Shown piece after piece: positions 26,024-41,165 of a stretch of DNA of 64,000 nt (positions within the stretch are counted from its first letter, which is position 1; each line of letters starts with the position of its first letter). Below the pieces are notes generated by a model that was not told the DNA's origin, did no database searches, and saw only the letters and a program-made list of their open reading frames with translations. Source of the stretch: the human T2T-CHM13v2.0 reference genome, Homo sapiens; NCBI RefSeq assembly GCF_009914755.1, contig NC_060932.1. One strand, written 5' to 3'. A program made the translations under genes and the position numbers.

Positions 26024-26720
26024 CTCTAGAGGCTGTCTTCTGTCATAGCACTTTTCATCCTTGAGGTTAGTGTCATACGCAATTTTCAATCTTCTCTTAA
26101 TTGAATGGAAGTGATGTGGGATGAGAACCTTGTCTATCTTGCTTACTGTATTATTACTAGTGATTTGCATAGTATAGGGCCCATAATGGCCAATTAATAT
26201 TTATTGAATAAATATAGAACTTAACCTATTGTTTTTTTTGCATTTAAAAATATCCTCTTTTAAAATTAGCATCTCAAATAGCAATTTGGATGGAGAGTGG
26301 GGTGGGTGATTGGGGGTACTAGGGATGGTGTTGGGGGTGGGGGTAGTCAATGCCAGCACTACAGCTTTCAAGCCTGAGTCCCCATCCTAGCACAAGGCTT
26401 TTTCGTATTCAATCCTGAAGTATTCCAAAAGTCAGTCAGGAGATAGAGATTGCAAATACTCACAAACTGGATGTTTGGTGTTTCATCTTTATTTGTTGTC
26501 ACAGCTATGCCGGTGTACTGTTCACATGAAGAAAAGGAAATGTTTATAGTAATAAAAACATAACTTAGTAACATAGTATTAAGATGTTCTTTGACAAGAT
26601 GTATATTCAACTGATAGTGGATTTTTGGTACAATTTTCAAGAATTTTGGAAATTGGTTGACTTGTGCTTAATACTGAACAACAATGAAATAATTTCAGTT
26701 AAGTGATTTCTTTCTGCTAG

Positions 26721-27027
<307 letters not shown>

Positions 27028-30000
27028 CATGATATCAATCATATGGGCAGGTATTTTAAAGCTATCCACCATAAGATTTACCAAATTAAATATTAATAGT
27101 AGTTTGTAAGTGGAAAAAAATAAAATCCTTTTATAGAATAATACCTAATGATTTTCTAACCATATCTTCTCCTAAAACATAGTTGTTAGTAACGATCTTG
27201 AGAAAGATAGCCTGACAATGTTTCATGTGCATTTGCATTAGGTAATGGATCTTCCATTCTACCAAGGTGGAAACTTGGATCCAAATAGCTTGCATGCCTT
27301 TTTCAAGGTTATATAATGAGTTTGAATAACTGGGCCTAGAAACTGAGTCTCTAACTTACTTTAAAGTCTTCTTTCCATTATCCTACTACTCTGAGTTTTC
27401 TGCTTCAGATCACTCAGGATTAAGGGTTGTATTCATCACTTTTTTCCTTTCTGCACAGTGCAATTACTTCCATGATAAGGATTGTTTAATTTTGGCTCCA
27501 GGGGAAATGAAATTTTTCAAGTCTGGGAACATGGAACTCTGATCCAAATTTGCAAAGCAACAATGAGTCATTTGACATAACTCTACTTCATTGTTTTCCT
27601 CATTAGACATCTTCCATCTTAAATGCGGCTGACCACGGGAATGGAAGCTCACACACTTGAGTTCAAGTGGCAGCATCCAGCCCCGATACTTTCTGAATGT
27701 GTGGTTTGGGTAATTGCTTTGGCTTCTCTTGTGTAGTGTTTTCTCATTTACTAACATCAACATGGGTTAAAACTGATGTGAAGATTGAATGATAATGTAT
27801 GTTGAACTTCCTGTGTAAATTGTACTGAAAAAATGCTATTTGGATGTTGTTTAAAAATGCAAGTTTCTACTTATCCAACTTTATAGGAATGGAATGTGTC
27901 AAAAGAAGTGATTGTCTTCTACTCTCTCCAAGACCCGGTGAGACTGGACCCATACTAAAAATGCCAGAGCCAGGGTTAGCTAAATTAATACATCTCCTAA
28001 TGGTCCTGATTCCTTCTGGAAATTATCCGGGTGGGCTGGGAGCAGGGTTTTGTCACTCATCCTTGTAGTTTGAGGCTTCCTAATGGCACAGAAATTTATG
28101 TTTCATAAAATCTGAGTTAAATAAGAGTGTTAGTACTGGGAAGTACCTTAGAGACACAGAGAACTATAGATTTGCAAGTCTCTTCTCTGTAAATATTAAT
28201 AAAGACATTTTTCATAAGCATCTTTTTCCTAAACTGTCTCTGGTCATTCTGCTGACCACCAGCTTGGGCGTGAGAAGCACTGCCTTGGAAGACATGGCTT
28301 CTTCAAACTCCTAATCAGTATTCAGTTATCCTACTCTAGCAAGGATACCCCTCTGGGTGAGGATTTCGTGGAATGCTACTAAAGTCTATCCTCAGTTTCG
28401 AGCCCCAAAACATTTTACTGAGAATAAAGAAGGGACCAAAGATAATACATGAATTTTTATTTATTTTCTGGTTGCTCTTCATAATAATGCAATGTATAGT
28501 CTAGAAAAATGGAAATATTTTTTTACAGAAAGTATAACTTTCTCTTTTAAGTGTTGTTCTCACAGGTCATAAAATCCTGAATTTTGTATCATGATCTTAG
28601 CTGACGATGGTAAAGTCTCTGATTTGTCTTATTCTGAGGTTAATTTTACATTGACCCAATGCTACGATATTCTGATTGAAGTTTAAATTCAGACCGATTT
28701 GTGGAAGCTCATGTCATTTCGAGAAAACTAACAAGACATGAAGGTGTTTCATTTTATTTCCCGCTTACTATCCTTCAGAACTGGCAGAAATAGGTATTTC
28801 TATTGTCTATAAAACCTGTCATTTTATTTTTTTCCTAGTAAACATTGTTTCTTTTTAAGACTGTAACATACTTGAGGGCAGATAACTTTTTTTAAAAAGT
28901 CATGTTACTCCTTTCTGGCTTCTGATTCTGCACCTTGTACACAGAAGGTAGTGGCTCAAAATGTGCAAATTCTTCCAAAACATTTACATAATGTGGTAAT
29001 GTCTATAATTAGTTTTAAGATAAATACACTTTAGTTAAAGTCTGTCTAACCAGTGAAATATTTAATACTACCATTTTTGAAGAACAATGATTAGGAGTCA
29101 GCCATTATAAACAAGGAGGAAATTGTTGGAAAAACTTGTTGCATTTCTATTTTTGCAGCTCATTGGCTTGTTACTGGAAGTGAAAGAATGTTTATTATTT
29201 CAGGAAGTAAAGGCCATTAGAAGCTTATTTGTCTGAGAGAATCTACAATATTGGTTTTCTATAACCTGGGATATGTTATGAAACATGTTTACAAAAATTG
29301 TGACTTCAGGCTTGGTGAGCATTTTTTTTTTATAATAGCTAGTCCTTTGCCAGATCTGTAATGTAAAATTCGACCAATTTTTCTATGTATCAGATATCAT
29401 GCTTATTTTAAAGTATTTTTCTGTTTCAATGCTGTTTTTATTACACTGCATAGATCAAGGAATTGAAATGCTAGTGAGTCACTTGAACTCCCCGTTGAGC
29501 ATCAAATAGTGGTAGGTAACCACTAGCTGTAAGCTCAGTTATTGCTGTGATAATCTTTTGAGAGTGGGTGATTATGGTAGTACATTGTTTTCTTGCCATT
29601 GCTTTTCTCATAGGTAGCTGCTCTTAGCTTCATTTGACTAATGGAAATTTTAAATTCTGCTTCATGGTTCACAGGGGAGTAGAGAGCAACCATATATCTT
29701 ATGCCCAGGTTTCTGAACTGCATGGTGCTTGAAAGAAAAGAGCAGCATTTACCCAGGGAGCATTGGTACCTTATCTAATTTGCCACTTCTTTCTTCCTTT
29801 CAGAATCATTTCATCTTCCTATGCCTGCATTCATGCACGTATCTGCCACTTACACGGAGGTTATATTGCATAACTGAGCCTACAAATATAACTATATCTA
29901 AACAATCTCAGGTATTGTCACCAGTATCATTGTAGAGTCCAGGTGCATGTGCTACCGCAGAGAAAATAAGTTATGTAATGTGCAAGCAATTTCTACTCTT

Positions 30001-30214
30001 TCCTTTTAGCAAACCCTTAATACCAACTAGACTTATATTTTCCTCTTTAATCAAAAACTATTTATTGAACTTATACAAGGGTGGACTACTGAACTAGAAT
30101 GTAAAATTAATTCAAGAAAAAAAGGCATATTCTGCAAAAGTTGAAAAGAGCCCTTTGCAGGGAGAAGAAATATTTTAAGTTATAACTGCAGGCAATATGT
30201 GTTTCCTGAATTAG

Positions 30215-30535
<321 letters not shown>

Positions 30536-30736
30536 TGGGATTACATTTTTTAAAAATCCAGTTCACAGAAGTGGTTGCAAAGGTCAGAGTAAAAGTGGTT
30601 TAGTGCGGACTAGGAGAACATGTTACATCATAGTGGGAGAGCCTGTCACATCATACTTTCAGTGTAAGAATATTTCTAAAAAAAAAATTGGGGCTATATT
30701 GCTTCCCTTAATTTTCTCTATTTGTTTTGCTCCACT

Positions 30737-31150
30737 GTATTAATCTGCTTGAGCTTCTATAACAAAATTCCTTGGACTGTGTGGCTTAAACAACTGAAAT
30801 TTATTTTCTCGCAGTTCTGGAGGCTGGATGCCCAAGATCAGGTGCCAGCATGGTCTGGTTGGTGGTGGGGGCTCCCTTCCTGGCTTGCAGATGGCCACCT
30901 TCTAGCTGTGTGCACACGTGGCCTTTTCTGTTTGTGCACACGGAAAGACGGGAGCTCTGCTTTCTCTTCCTCCTCTTATAAGGACTCTAATCCTATTGGA
31001 TCAGGCTCCTAAATTTATGAGCTAATAATCTAACCATAATTACTTCTGTAAAGGCCCTATATTCAAATACTGTCATAGTGGGAATTAGGGCTTCCACATA
31101 GGAATTTCGGAGGGACACAAGTCCCTCCCAAATGTTCAGTTGAGCAACCA
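30737..31150 (-). mobile_element. MLT1A-like (ERVL-MaLR) solo LTR
   Basis: ggcttaaacaactgaaatttattttctcgcagttctggaggctgga, cttataaggactctaatcctattggatcagg, gggcttccacatagg. Confidence 0.87.
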
Positions 31151-32354
31151 CCAATGGGTCTGTTAAGTGAATGGTATTAATATAGTAAGAATGTATCTTA
31201 AGTAGGTAAGTTAGCATGTAGTTGATATCCAGGTAAGAACCAGACAGCAACCCCTTTATTAGATTGACCTCTACTGAGGCCAGACCAGACTGTCAGTTTT
31301 GGATGCAGTCACAAACTAACTCGATAGTGTGTGTTGGAGCACAAATTCAAGCTCAAAATAACATCATCAGCAACAACAGCAACTTATTGCCACAAATAAT
31401 AAGAAAAATCCCAATTTGAATTTGACTTCTGAGTAAATGATTTGGGCCTGAGTGAATGGGCAGTTATCAACATTACATATATGCACTAAAGTAATCTGTA
31501 TCCCTTATTATTAACAATTTGGTCATCAGATTGTGTAATGTTTTTCTGCCTGATTTACCAATTATGGCAAAAGGTATGTTTCCATCTTCCATTATGACAA
31601 TGGATTTGTCAGCTTTTCTCTTGTAATTCACTGTATTTTTACTTTATGTATTTTAAGGCTATGCCATCAAGTGCATGGAAGTCAATTTTTATTTCCTAGT
31701 GAATTATTAATTCAATAATTATCTAATTACTCTATCCTTAATAGTGATTTTTTTGGCTATAATTCTGTTTACTCTGATATAGTATCTTTCCTGTACACTT
31801 TCTCTATTCCTTTTCCTCTTTTCTTTTTTAGATGTACTTCATGAATGTAGCATACAGGCAGATTTTTAAAAAATTAAATTCAGATGCTTTGTCCATTAAC
31901 TGGATACTTCTCTTTGCATTTATTGTGATTACTGATCTAGTTCTATTTATTTTTACCATATAATATGGTATACATTTTTTAATTCTTTTTCCTTCTTTTC
32001 ACAAACTTCTTTTATGTCAACTTTTAAAAAATGTCTTTTTTCCCCTCTACCAACTTAGCAGACATAAATTTTATTTCTGTTTTTTAGTGGTTTTCTTTCA
32101 ATGTTTATTTTGATATTTCCCATCATAGCAAAATCTATCATTATTCAACATCTATAGTCTTCTTCCAAATATGCAGACTTTAGAATCATTTAATACCCAG
32201 GACACCCTCCTATTTTACATGAATTTGTTTCCTAATATTTTAGAAATTTGCAATTATTGTATTACATGTGAAATATTTATTTAGATGCATTATTTTGTTT
32301 ATCTGCTTATTTACCTGCATTCTTGTTCACTGTTGATACTTGCATCTCATTTCT

Positions 32355-32542
32355 TTAATCTTTCTTTCCTTCCTTCCTTCCTTCCTTCTTTCCTTCCTTC
32401 TTTACTTCCCCTTTCCTTTCCCCTTCTCTTCCTTTCTTCCCTCCCTCCCTTATCTCCTTCCCTCCCTCCCTCCCCCCATCCTTTCCTTCCTTCCTTCCTT
32501 CCTTCCTTCCTTCCTTCCTTCCTTCCTTCCTTCCTTCCTTCC
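32355..32542. repeat. Polypyrimidine tract containing (TTCC)15 at 32483-32542
   Basis: Counted directly; forms the tail of the adjacent Alu monomer. Confidence 0.95.
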
Positions 32543-32667
32543 TTCTTTATTTTAACAGGATCTTGCTATGTTGCCCAGGCTGGTCTTAAACTCCTGGTCT
32601 CAAGCAATCATCCCACCTCAGCCTCCAAAAGTGCTAGGATTATAGGCATGAGCCACGGCACACAGCC
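32543..32667 (-). mobile_element. FLAM/AluJ left monomer
   Basis: gctatgttgcccaggctggtcttaaactcctgg...atgagccacggcacacagcc. Confidence 0.88.
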
Positions 32668-32810
32668 TCCTGTAATTTCTTGAAATAAATTAGTAGTTAC
32701 CTCTGCAATGTTCTCTTAATAATAAATTCTCAGCCCTTTTGGTCTAAACAAAAACTTTATTCAGCCCTCACTGTTGAATAATAAATTGGCTATATTAAAG
32801 TTTATGTTCA

Positions 32811-33197
<387 letters not shown>

Positions 33198-33249
33198 TCA
33201 GATTAATTGTAATTCTTTTGTCAGTCATCTGTCTTTTCTCTTTGATTAC

Positions 33250-33540
33250 TTTTTCTTTTCTTTTTTTTTTTTTGAGGTGGAGTCTTGCTCTGTCCAGTGG
33301 CGCGATCTTGGCTCACTGCAACCTCTGCCTCCCAGGTGCATGCCATTCTCCTGCCTCAGCCTCCCGAGTAGCTGGGACTACAGGTGCCTGCCACCAAGCC
33401 CGGCTAATTTTTTTGTATTTTTAGTAGAGAGTGGGTTTCACCGTGTTATCCAGGATGGTCTCGATCTCCTGACCCCATGATCCGCCCACCTCAGCCTCCC
33501 AAGGTGCTGGGATTACAGGTGTGAGCCACTGCACCTGGCC
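33250..33540 (-). mobile_element. AluY/Sc-like SINE with small internal deletion
   Basis: Reverse Alu; TSD tctttgattactttt. Confidence 0.95.
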
Positions 33541-34882
33541 TCTTTGATTACTTTTAAATCTTCTTTTTTACTTTGATGTTCTGCAGTTGCATATGATCTT
33601 TCTAGGTGTGGCTTTATTTTTTATCTTTTTGTGATTTGTGTTTGCCAAATATAATGATTCATTTCATTCATCGATTTCAGAAAGCTTTAGACATTATTTC
33701 TTCAAAATATTTCTATTTCTTCACTATATTCTTTTCTTTTAGAATTCATGTTTGAGATATAAACTATTCATTCTGCTCTCCATGTATCTTAATAAATTTT
33801 TTTTAACTACTTAAATTAGTTAAGTCTAATCAATGGTTTAGTTAATTAGTTAAGTCTAATCAATTTTTCCTCTGAGGTTTTAATTTAAATATATTTATTT
33901 CTAGAAATTTTATTTCATATTTTCTAATTGGACTTCAGTTTTAATAGTGATTTGTTATACCCTTATGGATGTTTTCATTAATCCTATTAAGTCATTAATA
34001 ATTTTAAATATACATATTTTTGGCATCTTTTTAACTAATTTTAATCAGTTTCCTCAACTGCCAAGGAAAATAATTTCATTTACTCATTGAGTTACTATGG
34101 GTGTTTAATTAATGAGTACACGTCCTTAGAATAGTGCCACACTGCCTGACACCTAGTAATTTCTCAATAAATATTGGCTACTATTTTTATTGTTATCATC
34201 CCCAGAAGATTATAAGGGCCTGTCCCTGTTTTATCGTTAGGCTGATGAATTTGTGTATTTATCTGTGTGTTTTCTAATTTGGGGTTGTGAGCTTTTCTTA
34301 GGGGGCCTTCATCTATGGAAATTGTGGGTGGTTTGGGAAGACATCTTTCTGGAGCAGCTTTTCTATTTGTCAGCTTTGCCCTAGGAATATTACCAACCTA
34401 GGGTGTTTTTGGTCCCAACTTATTAAAGGAGGTTTGGATTCTCAGAGATAGGACAATATAAACTCTACAGCCAAACCCTGATAAAGACAGACTAGTGGGC
34501 CAATGCTGACATTCTTTCAGGAAGAACATGTGTAATTTACCTCTTAAAGTCCAGAGCCCAGTTCAAGACAAACAAGCTTCCCTGGTAACTTTATACATTG
34601 GTAAGTATCGCCCATAGAAGGGCCTGGCTTCATGAAGTGGCCTCAGTTCCAGCGAGTCATGTGGGCCTAAGCCTTAATCATTGACCACATGTAGCCTCAA
34701 ATGCCCAGGGTAACCAACGACAGAGTCCAACAGCCAGCCTGCAGGGAGCAGCAGCATCAGTCCAGGGGTTACTGAGAGGTTACTGGTTACTGCTTGTTTT
34801 TTTTTGTTTGTTTGTTTGTTTTTTTTTGATTGAGTGAGAATAACAAAGTCCGATGTGTTTTTTAGAAAGGCTGTCATTGTAA

Positions 34883-35043
34883 TTAACCAGGCTAGTACAT
34901 CTGCAGTCCTGGGTTCTCTGGAGGCTGAGGGAGGAGATCTCTTGAGTCTAGGAGTTCAAGGCTGCAATGAGCTATGATTGTGCCTCTGCTCTCCAACCTG
35001 GGTGACAGAGCGAGACTCTATCTCTATAAAAGAAAGAAAGAAA
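34883..35043 (+). mobile_element. FRAM / Alu right monomer
   Basis: ggaggctgagggaggagatctcttgagtctaggagttcaaggctgcaatgagctatg; TSD tgtcattgta. Confidence 0.88.
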
Positions 35044-36625
35044 TATTGTCATTGTAGCCTCTGTGTAACGGCCTGTAAGCCTGGATGTTAGGAGACTAAA
35101 GCAATGATTTTGGCAAAAGATGATGAGGACTTGAAAGAAGGCAGGAGAAGCAGAGACTGAGAAGAGGGAAGAGCAACTATAGACTCTAAAAGAAGCTGTA
35201 GGACTTTGTTAAAGATTTCAAGAGCAAAGACAGATAAGAGTAGCAAGTAAGAAAAGGTGGACTACTGGGGGAAAGGGACTCTGTAGAACTTTGATAGTTA
35301 AGGAAGGATAGGGTAAGAGAATCCAGACAAGGAGACTGAAAAGGGACTGTCAAAATGACAGGAGGAAAACTAGAAGAAGCGATTTAAGCTTCTTTTTTGT
35401 AAAAATTTAAGGCATTACCGGTGAATTATGACTTATGCTGACCATCTATTTAGCTAAGCATGGCCCGATTTAGATACTAGAGCAGGTTCAATAACACGGA
35501 GATCTATCACCTGAGCTTTGGATGACTCACATGAAAAGCTGGCCAGGAGATGAGAAAATGGAGGCCTCTTTTTAAAAGCTTTTCAGAAATGGATCTTTCT
35601 GGTTGTCATTATTCCTTCTGCTTGACTCATAATCCTACTTCTATAAGTGAGAAGGCGATAATCTCCTAAGAATTCACTTGAACCTTATGGAATGGGGTCT
35701 ATTACTCAGTAAGCATCTTATTGGATGTCTAGTCCTAATATTTTAGTGTTACTACTTGAAACATGATGCGTGACTTTTCTTAATATATGTATTATGAATG
35801 ACTTCTCTTTGGACTTAACCTGAACAGTGTTCTCAAAAGAAGTTACCTTGTTTGTGTGTGTATGGTGTCTGTTTGTGTGTGTATGCTGTGTGTTTGTGTG
35901 TGTTTTAATCAATTTGGCCTAACAAAGGAGTCCATACATTTTTTTTTCCTTCTAAAACTCTGGAGGGTTGAAATGTTTTTGCCCTTGGAAGATCGTTCCT
36001 GATAACTGTCTTGATAACTGTCCTAGGTATTTGCTTGTATTTTCAGAAATAGGGAAAGGGACATTAGCTTTTTAGACTCACTTCGGGATCCTTTGCTATC
36101 AACACCAAACTGTGCGGGAAAAGAACATCACTGAAATTTACATCATATAAGAAATGATTTTTTTAACTGAATTGGGTAGGTACCTAGCAATCTAGAGAAA
36201 TTTCAGATTCAGGGATATTGACAGATAAAGACAAAGCTCAAAGAGATTGATGTGTATAAGATCTGAGTTTATTTATTTGCAATGAAAAATATGTTTGTCA
36301 GATGGACCAGAGATTCAAGTTAGTCTTTTGATTATACTTTTTTCCTCTGTAAGCAAGCCATATGAGAAGTCTGATTATTAGTTGGATGCTTAGCAAGGTT
36401 GTGATCAAAATTAGGGATCTAGTCACATTACACTAATATTTAAATGTGTACGCTTTTGATAGTCTATTTGCCTATCTTCACAATTAGGATAAACTCACAA
36501 GTCTGATGAAGTACTCACAGTGGCTTGTCAGGTACCCCCTTCTCTTGGTTTTTGGTGCTTTCATAGCTTCTTAATTCACCTTCTAAGTGGATTTTTAAAA
36601 GCTTATATGTAGTGTGTTATATTAT

Positions 36626-36925
<300 letters not shown>

Positions 36926-37009
36926 ACAATATGTCATATTATACATCTAAGTTTTAATTTATTCATTGTTTTCCCCATTAGAATGCAAACTCCATGGTTC
37001 TACAGAACA

Positions 37010-37190
37010 CGATTTACAGAATCAGCAAATGATTTCTGTAAAGGACTACTTATGGAGTGTATACTTTGACGTTGTTGTGCAAATGCAGCAGTAGACCATT
37101 CATAAATTAATGGACATGAATGTGTTCCAGTGAAACTTTATTTACAAAAGCAGATGGAGGGCCAGATATTACCAAGCTCTGCACTAGAAC
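37010..37190. mobile_element. MER58A-like hAT element within an L2 3' end
   Basis: tcagcaaatgatttctgtaaagg...tgtgttccagtgaaactttatttacaaaagcagatggagggccaga. Confidence 0.7.
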
Positions 37191-37390
37191 AGTATCTGGC
37201 ACATAATAGGAATTAAAAAAAAACTCTATAGAATAAATGAAATGAATCAGGAGATTATTACCATCATCATCATCGTCATCATTATCATCATCTACTACAT
37301 TTGCCCAGGTTTTATTAAGTAATTATTTGGCACTGTGCTAAATGACCTATACACATTTTCTTATTTAATTTGTTACTTTAACCCTATAAA

Positions 37391-37391
<1 letters not shown>

Positions 37392-37447
<56 letters not shown>
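37392..37447. repeat. Compound tetranucleotide STR [TCTG]3[TCTA]11
   Basis: Counted directly. Confidence 0.95.
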
Positions 37448-37461
37448 GCTATCTGTCATGT

Positions 37462-37655
37462 CTTTTTTTAGAGTCATTTTAGTTTTACAGCAAAATTGAG
37501 AGCGAAGGTGCAGAAGCATCCCATGTACCTCTGCCCCAACATATATACAACCCTCCCATTACCGAGATCCCCCACCACAACAGTACATTTGTTACAATTG
37601 ATGAATCTGTATTGACACATCATAATCAATCGAAGTTCACAGTTTTCATTAGGGA
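37462..37655 (-). mobile_element. L1MC/L1MB-type 3' end fragment
   Basis: tttagttttacagcaaaattgag...gtacatttgttacaattgatgaa...ttgacacatcataatca. Confidence 0.75.
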
Positions 37656-37978
37656 CACCAGTTAATATTTGTTTCAAATGCAAGTGAACAAAATCCCAAA
37701 ATAACATTGGCTTATATACGAAAGGTTATCTTTCTAAATGTATATGGAGTTTAGAATAAGCAATCCGTGATGTATTGACAGCTCCAGAATTAGGAAGAAT
37801 CTAGCTTCATTCCATTTTGTTGTTCCATTATCTTCAACCGTGCATTTCCATTCAGTGGCTGCTTGTTAGGAAGATGAGTGCGGGCAAATAGTGGAAGTAA
37901 ATAGTTTCTGCAACATTTGGATCTTCATTATTTCCATTTTGCAGAATAGGAAACACAGGGTTAGAAAGGTTAAGTAAC

Positions 37979-38280
<302 letters not shown>

Positions 38281-38844
38281 TTAAGTAACTGGCCCAAAGT
38301 AAAAGAATTGGAGGAAAAGAGATTCTATGTGAACAAACCAGGCCTCTCAGATCTCTAATTGTCTTCCAATGTTGGAAGCCATTTTCTCTCTTAAGGAAGA
38401 CTCGATCTGTCCGGGTCCATTATGTATTTTAGTTTGAAACATTATTTTCCATTGGAAAACTCATTTTCTTCTATTTCAAGTGTTTTAATATCATAATGAT
38501 ACTAACACCTTAAGAACCTTAAGAACTACCTGTAATATTCATAAGTTAATCTGAATTGATGCATTTGGTTCTGATGCCATTGAGAGTATATTCATGACTT
38601 TCCCATGAAGGTATAATATAGCAGTACATTTCTAAAGGGCACTGTAGTTGAGTCCACAGTAGGGAGAACAGAGGCCACCACTGCCACTGTGTCACCGCAT
38701 AGTCATATTTTCAGCAATCAGTTAGAGAAAAATCCTGTGCTAAATATTCTCTATTTAGAAGAAATTTGCCAAATAATGTCGGTAATAAGATGATATCACT
38801 TTACCATTCATTATGACAAGAACACGTTTCATGTATATGTAAAA

Positions 38845-39263
<419 letters not shown>

Positions 39264-39466
39264 CAAAAAAGCTGTATTTTAAGAGTTGTTTTCTCATTCT
39301 TAACTAAAATCATAAGAAATTCAAATTGCTCTATCAAATTCTTACACTTATATTTTCAAAACAAATCAAGCTTCTGAAGATTTTAACAAAGGGGACTCAC
39401 AACTAATTACCTCATATGATTTCTGTGTAGCTTTTTATAGTAGATTATTTTTAAAAAATGATGTCC

Positions 39467-39785
<319 letters not shown>

Positions 39786-40859
39786 TTATCAAATGTTTAT
39801 TTTTATTCATTTGAGTTTATTTCTAAACTGAGATGGTGTTATCTTTTATAAACTACTTTCTGGTAAAAGCTTTCCATTTTTATAATTTTTTAAATGCTAT
39901 ATGGAGTTATTTCTACATAAACAGCAATAGAGAACCACTAAAAATCTGTAGTCCAGAATAATAGTCCTTTTTGTTTCTTGCTGTAGCAGATAGACAGACC
40001 ACAGCTATTGTTGCCTAAAACTTCAAAGGTATAACTATGTTTACATACATTTTGCACATATGTGTATTTGGTTATCAATGTTATATTTAAACAAGTGATA
40101 TTGAGCTAATTCTGAAGATAGAAAATCCAACTTTTGTTGTAGCATTTTATTTTCATATTTCTAAAATGAGCAATTTGAAGGCGGGAATACTTTCTTATAT
40201 ATGTTTAAATTGTAAGTAGGAAGTATAGAGCCAGGCCCATGGACATGGCTGAGTAAATAAGTGCTTGAATGAATGAAATTAAAAATAAAACTTCCAATCT
40301 AATATAAAATGATGTGTACAAAATACAGTACTTGCATGTCTTAAGATCATACACTGAAAACATTTTCTAACATATAACTAATGAAAAATAAGGCTTTTAA
40401 AGGACAATATTTAAAAATATGTACTCAAAATTTTACTATTGAAATAAAATGATAATTTTAAAAGGTCATCTTTATATCAAAGATATAAATCCCAAGACCA
40501 CTCTTCTTGATATTATGCAAACATCTTGTTTTTAGAAATATTTGGTTTTTTAAAAATCTTCTGTCATCACCCACAGTAACACTCTTTTATATTTGGATGG
40601 CATGTATATTTAATTGGAAATTGCCTGCAATTTGAAATTCTGAAGACCATTTCAACCAAAGAACTGTTTCACTCTGATTAAGCCACATTGTATTTTACTC
40701 TTGCTCATGAAGTATCCTGCCCTCAGCCCTGTTTTCTTTCACCTCTTGGTCAAAGAACTGCATCCTTTCATAGTGAGAAGAGTACATTAAGAAGCACAAT
40801 AATAATAATAATAATAAATGTTAATCAAAAAACTGCATGTGTCTTTCTGATTGTGCCAG

Positions 40860-41165
40860 TGTTGTGGTATTCAATTATGCAATTTTCATTGGCATATTAA
40901 TCATCTTTTCAACAAACAAGCCGGCATTAATTAAAGCAAACCATGGATAAAGACATGTTGCCGGATCATCATTCCGTTTATCACAGTGCACAGGCTGGCC
41001 GTTAAGTAAATTCCGGACTGTGAGATGAATTTCAATGTTGGCCTCATCTTTTTTGTTGTTGTTGGAGTTTGAATGCAACTCATCTAACAATAATAACAAC
41101 AAACTTCAGACTTCACAAGAGCAAGATGAATTTGTCTGTAATTAATGGTGGAAAAAGAAAGAATA
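40860..41165. promoter_or_regulatory. Putative conserved non-coding / enhancer element
   Basis: No recognisable repeat; five retained CpGs in ~100 bp; homeodomain TAATTA cores. Conservation is inferred, not measured. Confidence 0.4.

Noticed and set aside
32285-32683. 132-aa LPSF-repeat ORF
   Set aside because: Translation of the (TTCC)n microsatellite plus an Alu monomer
37392-37447. STR as a known forensic locus (vWA/D3S1358-like structure)
   Set aside because: The motif structure is similar but I do not recognise the flanks, so no name is assigned
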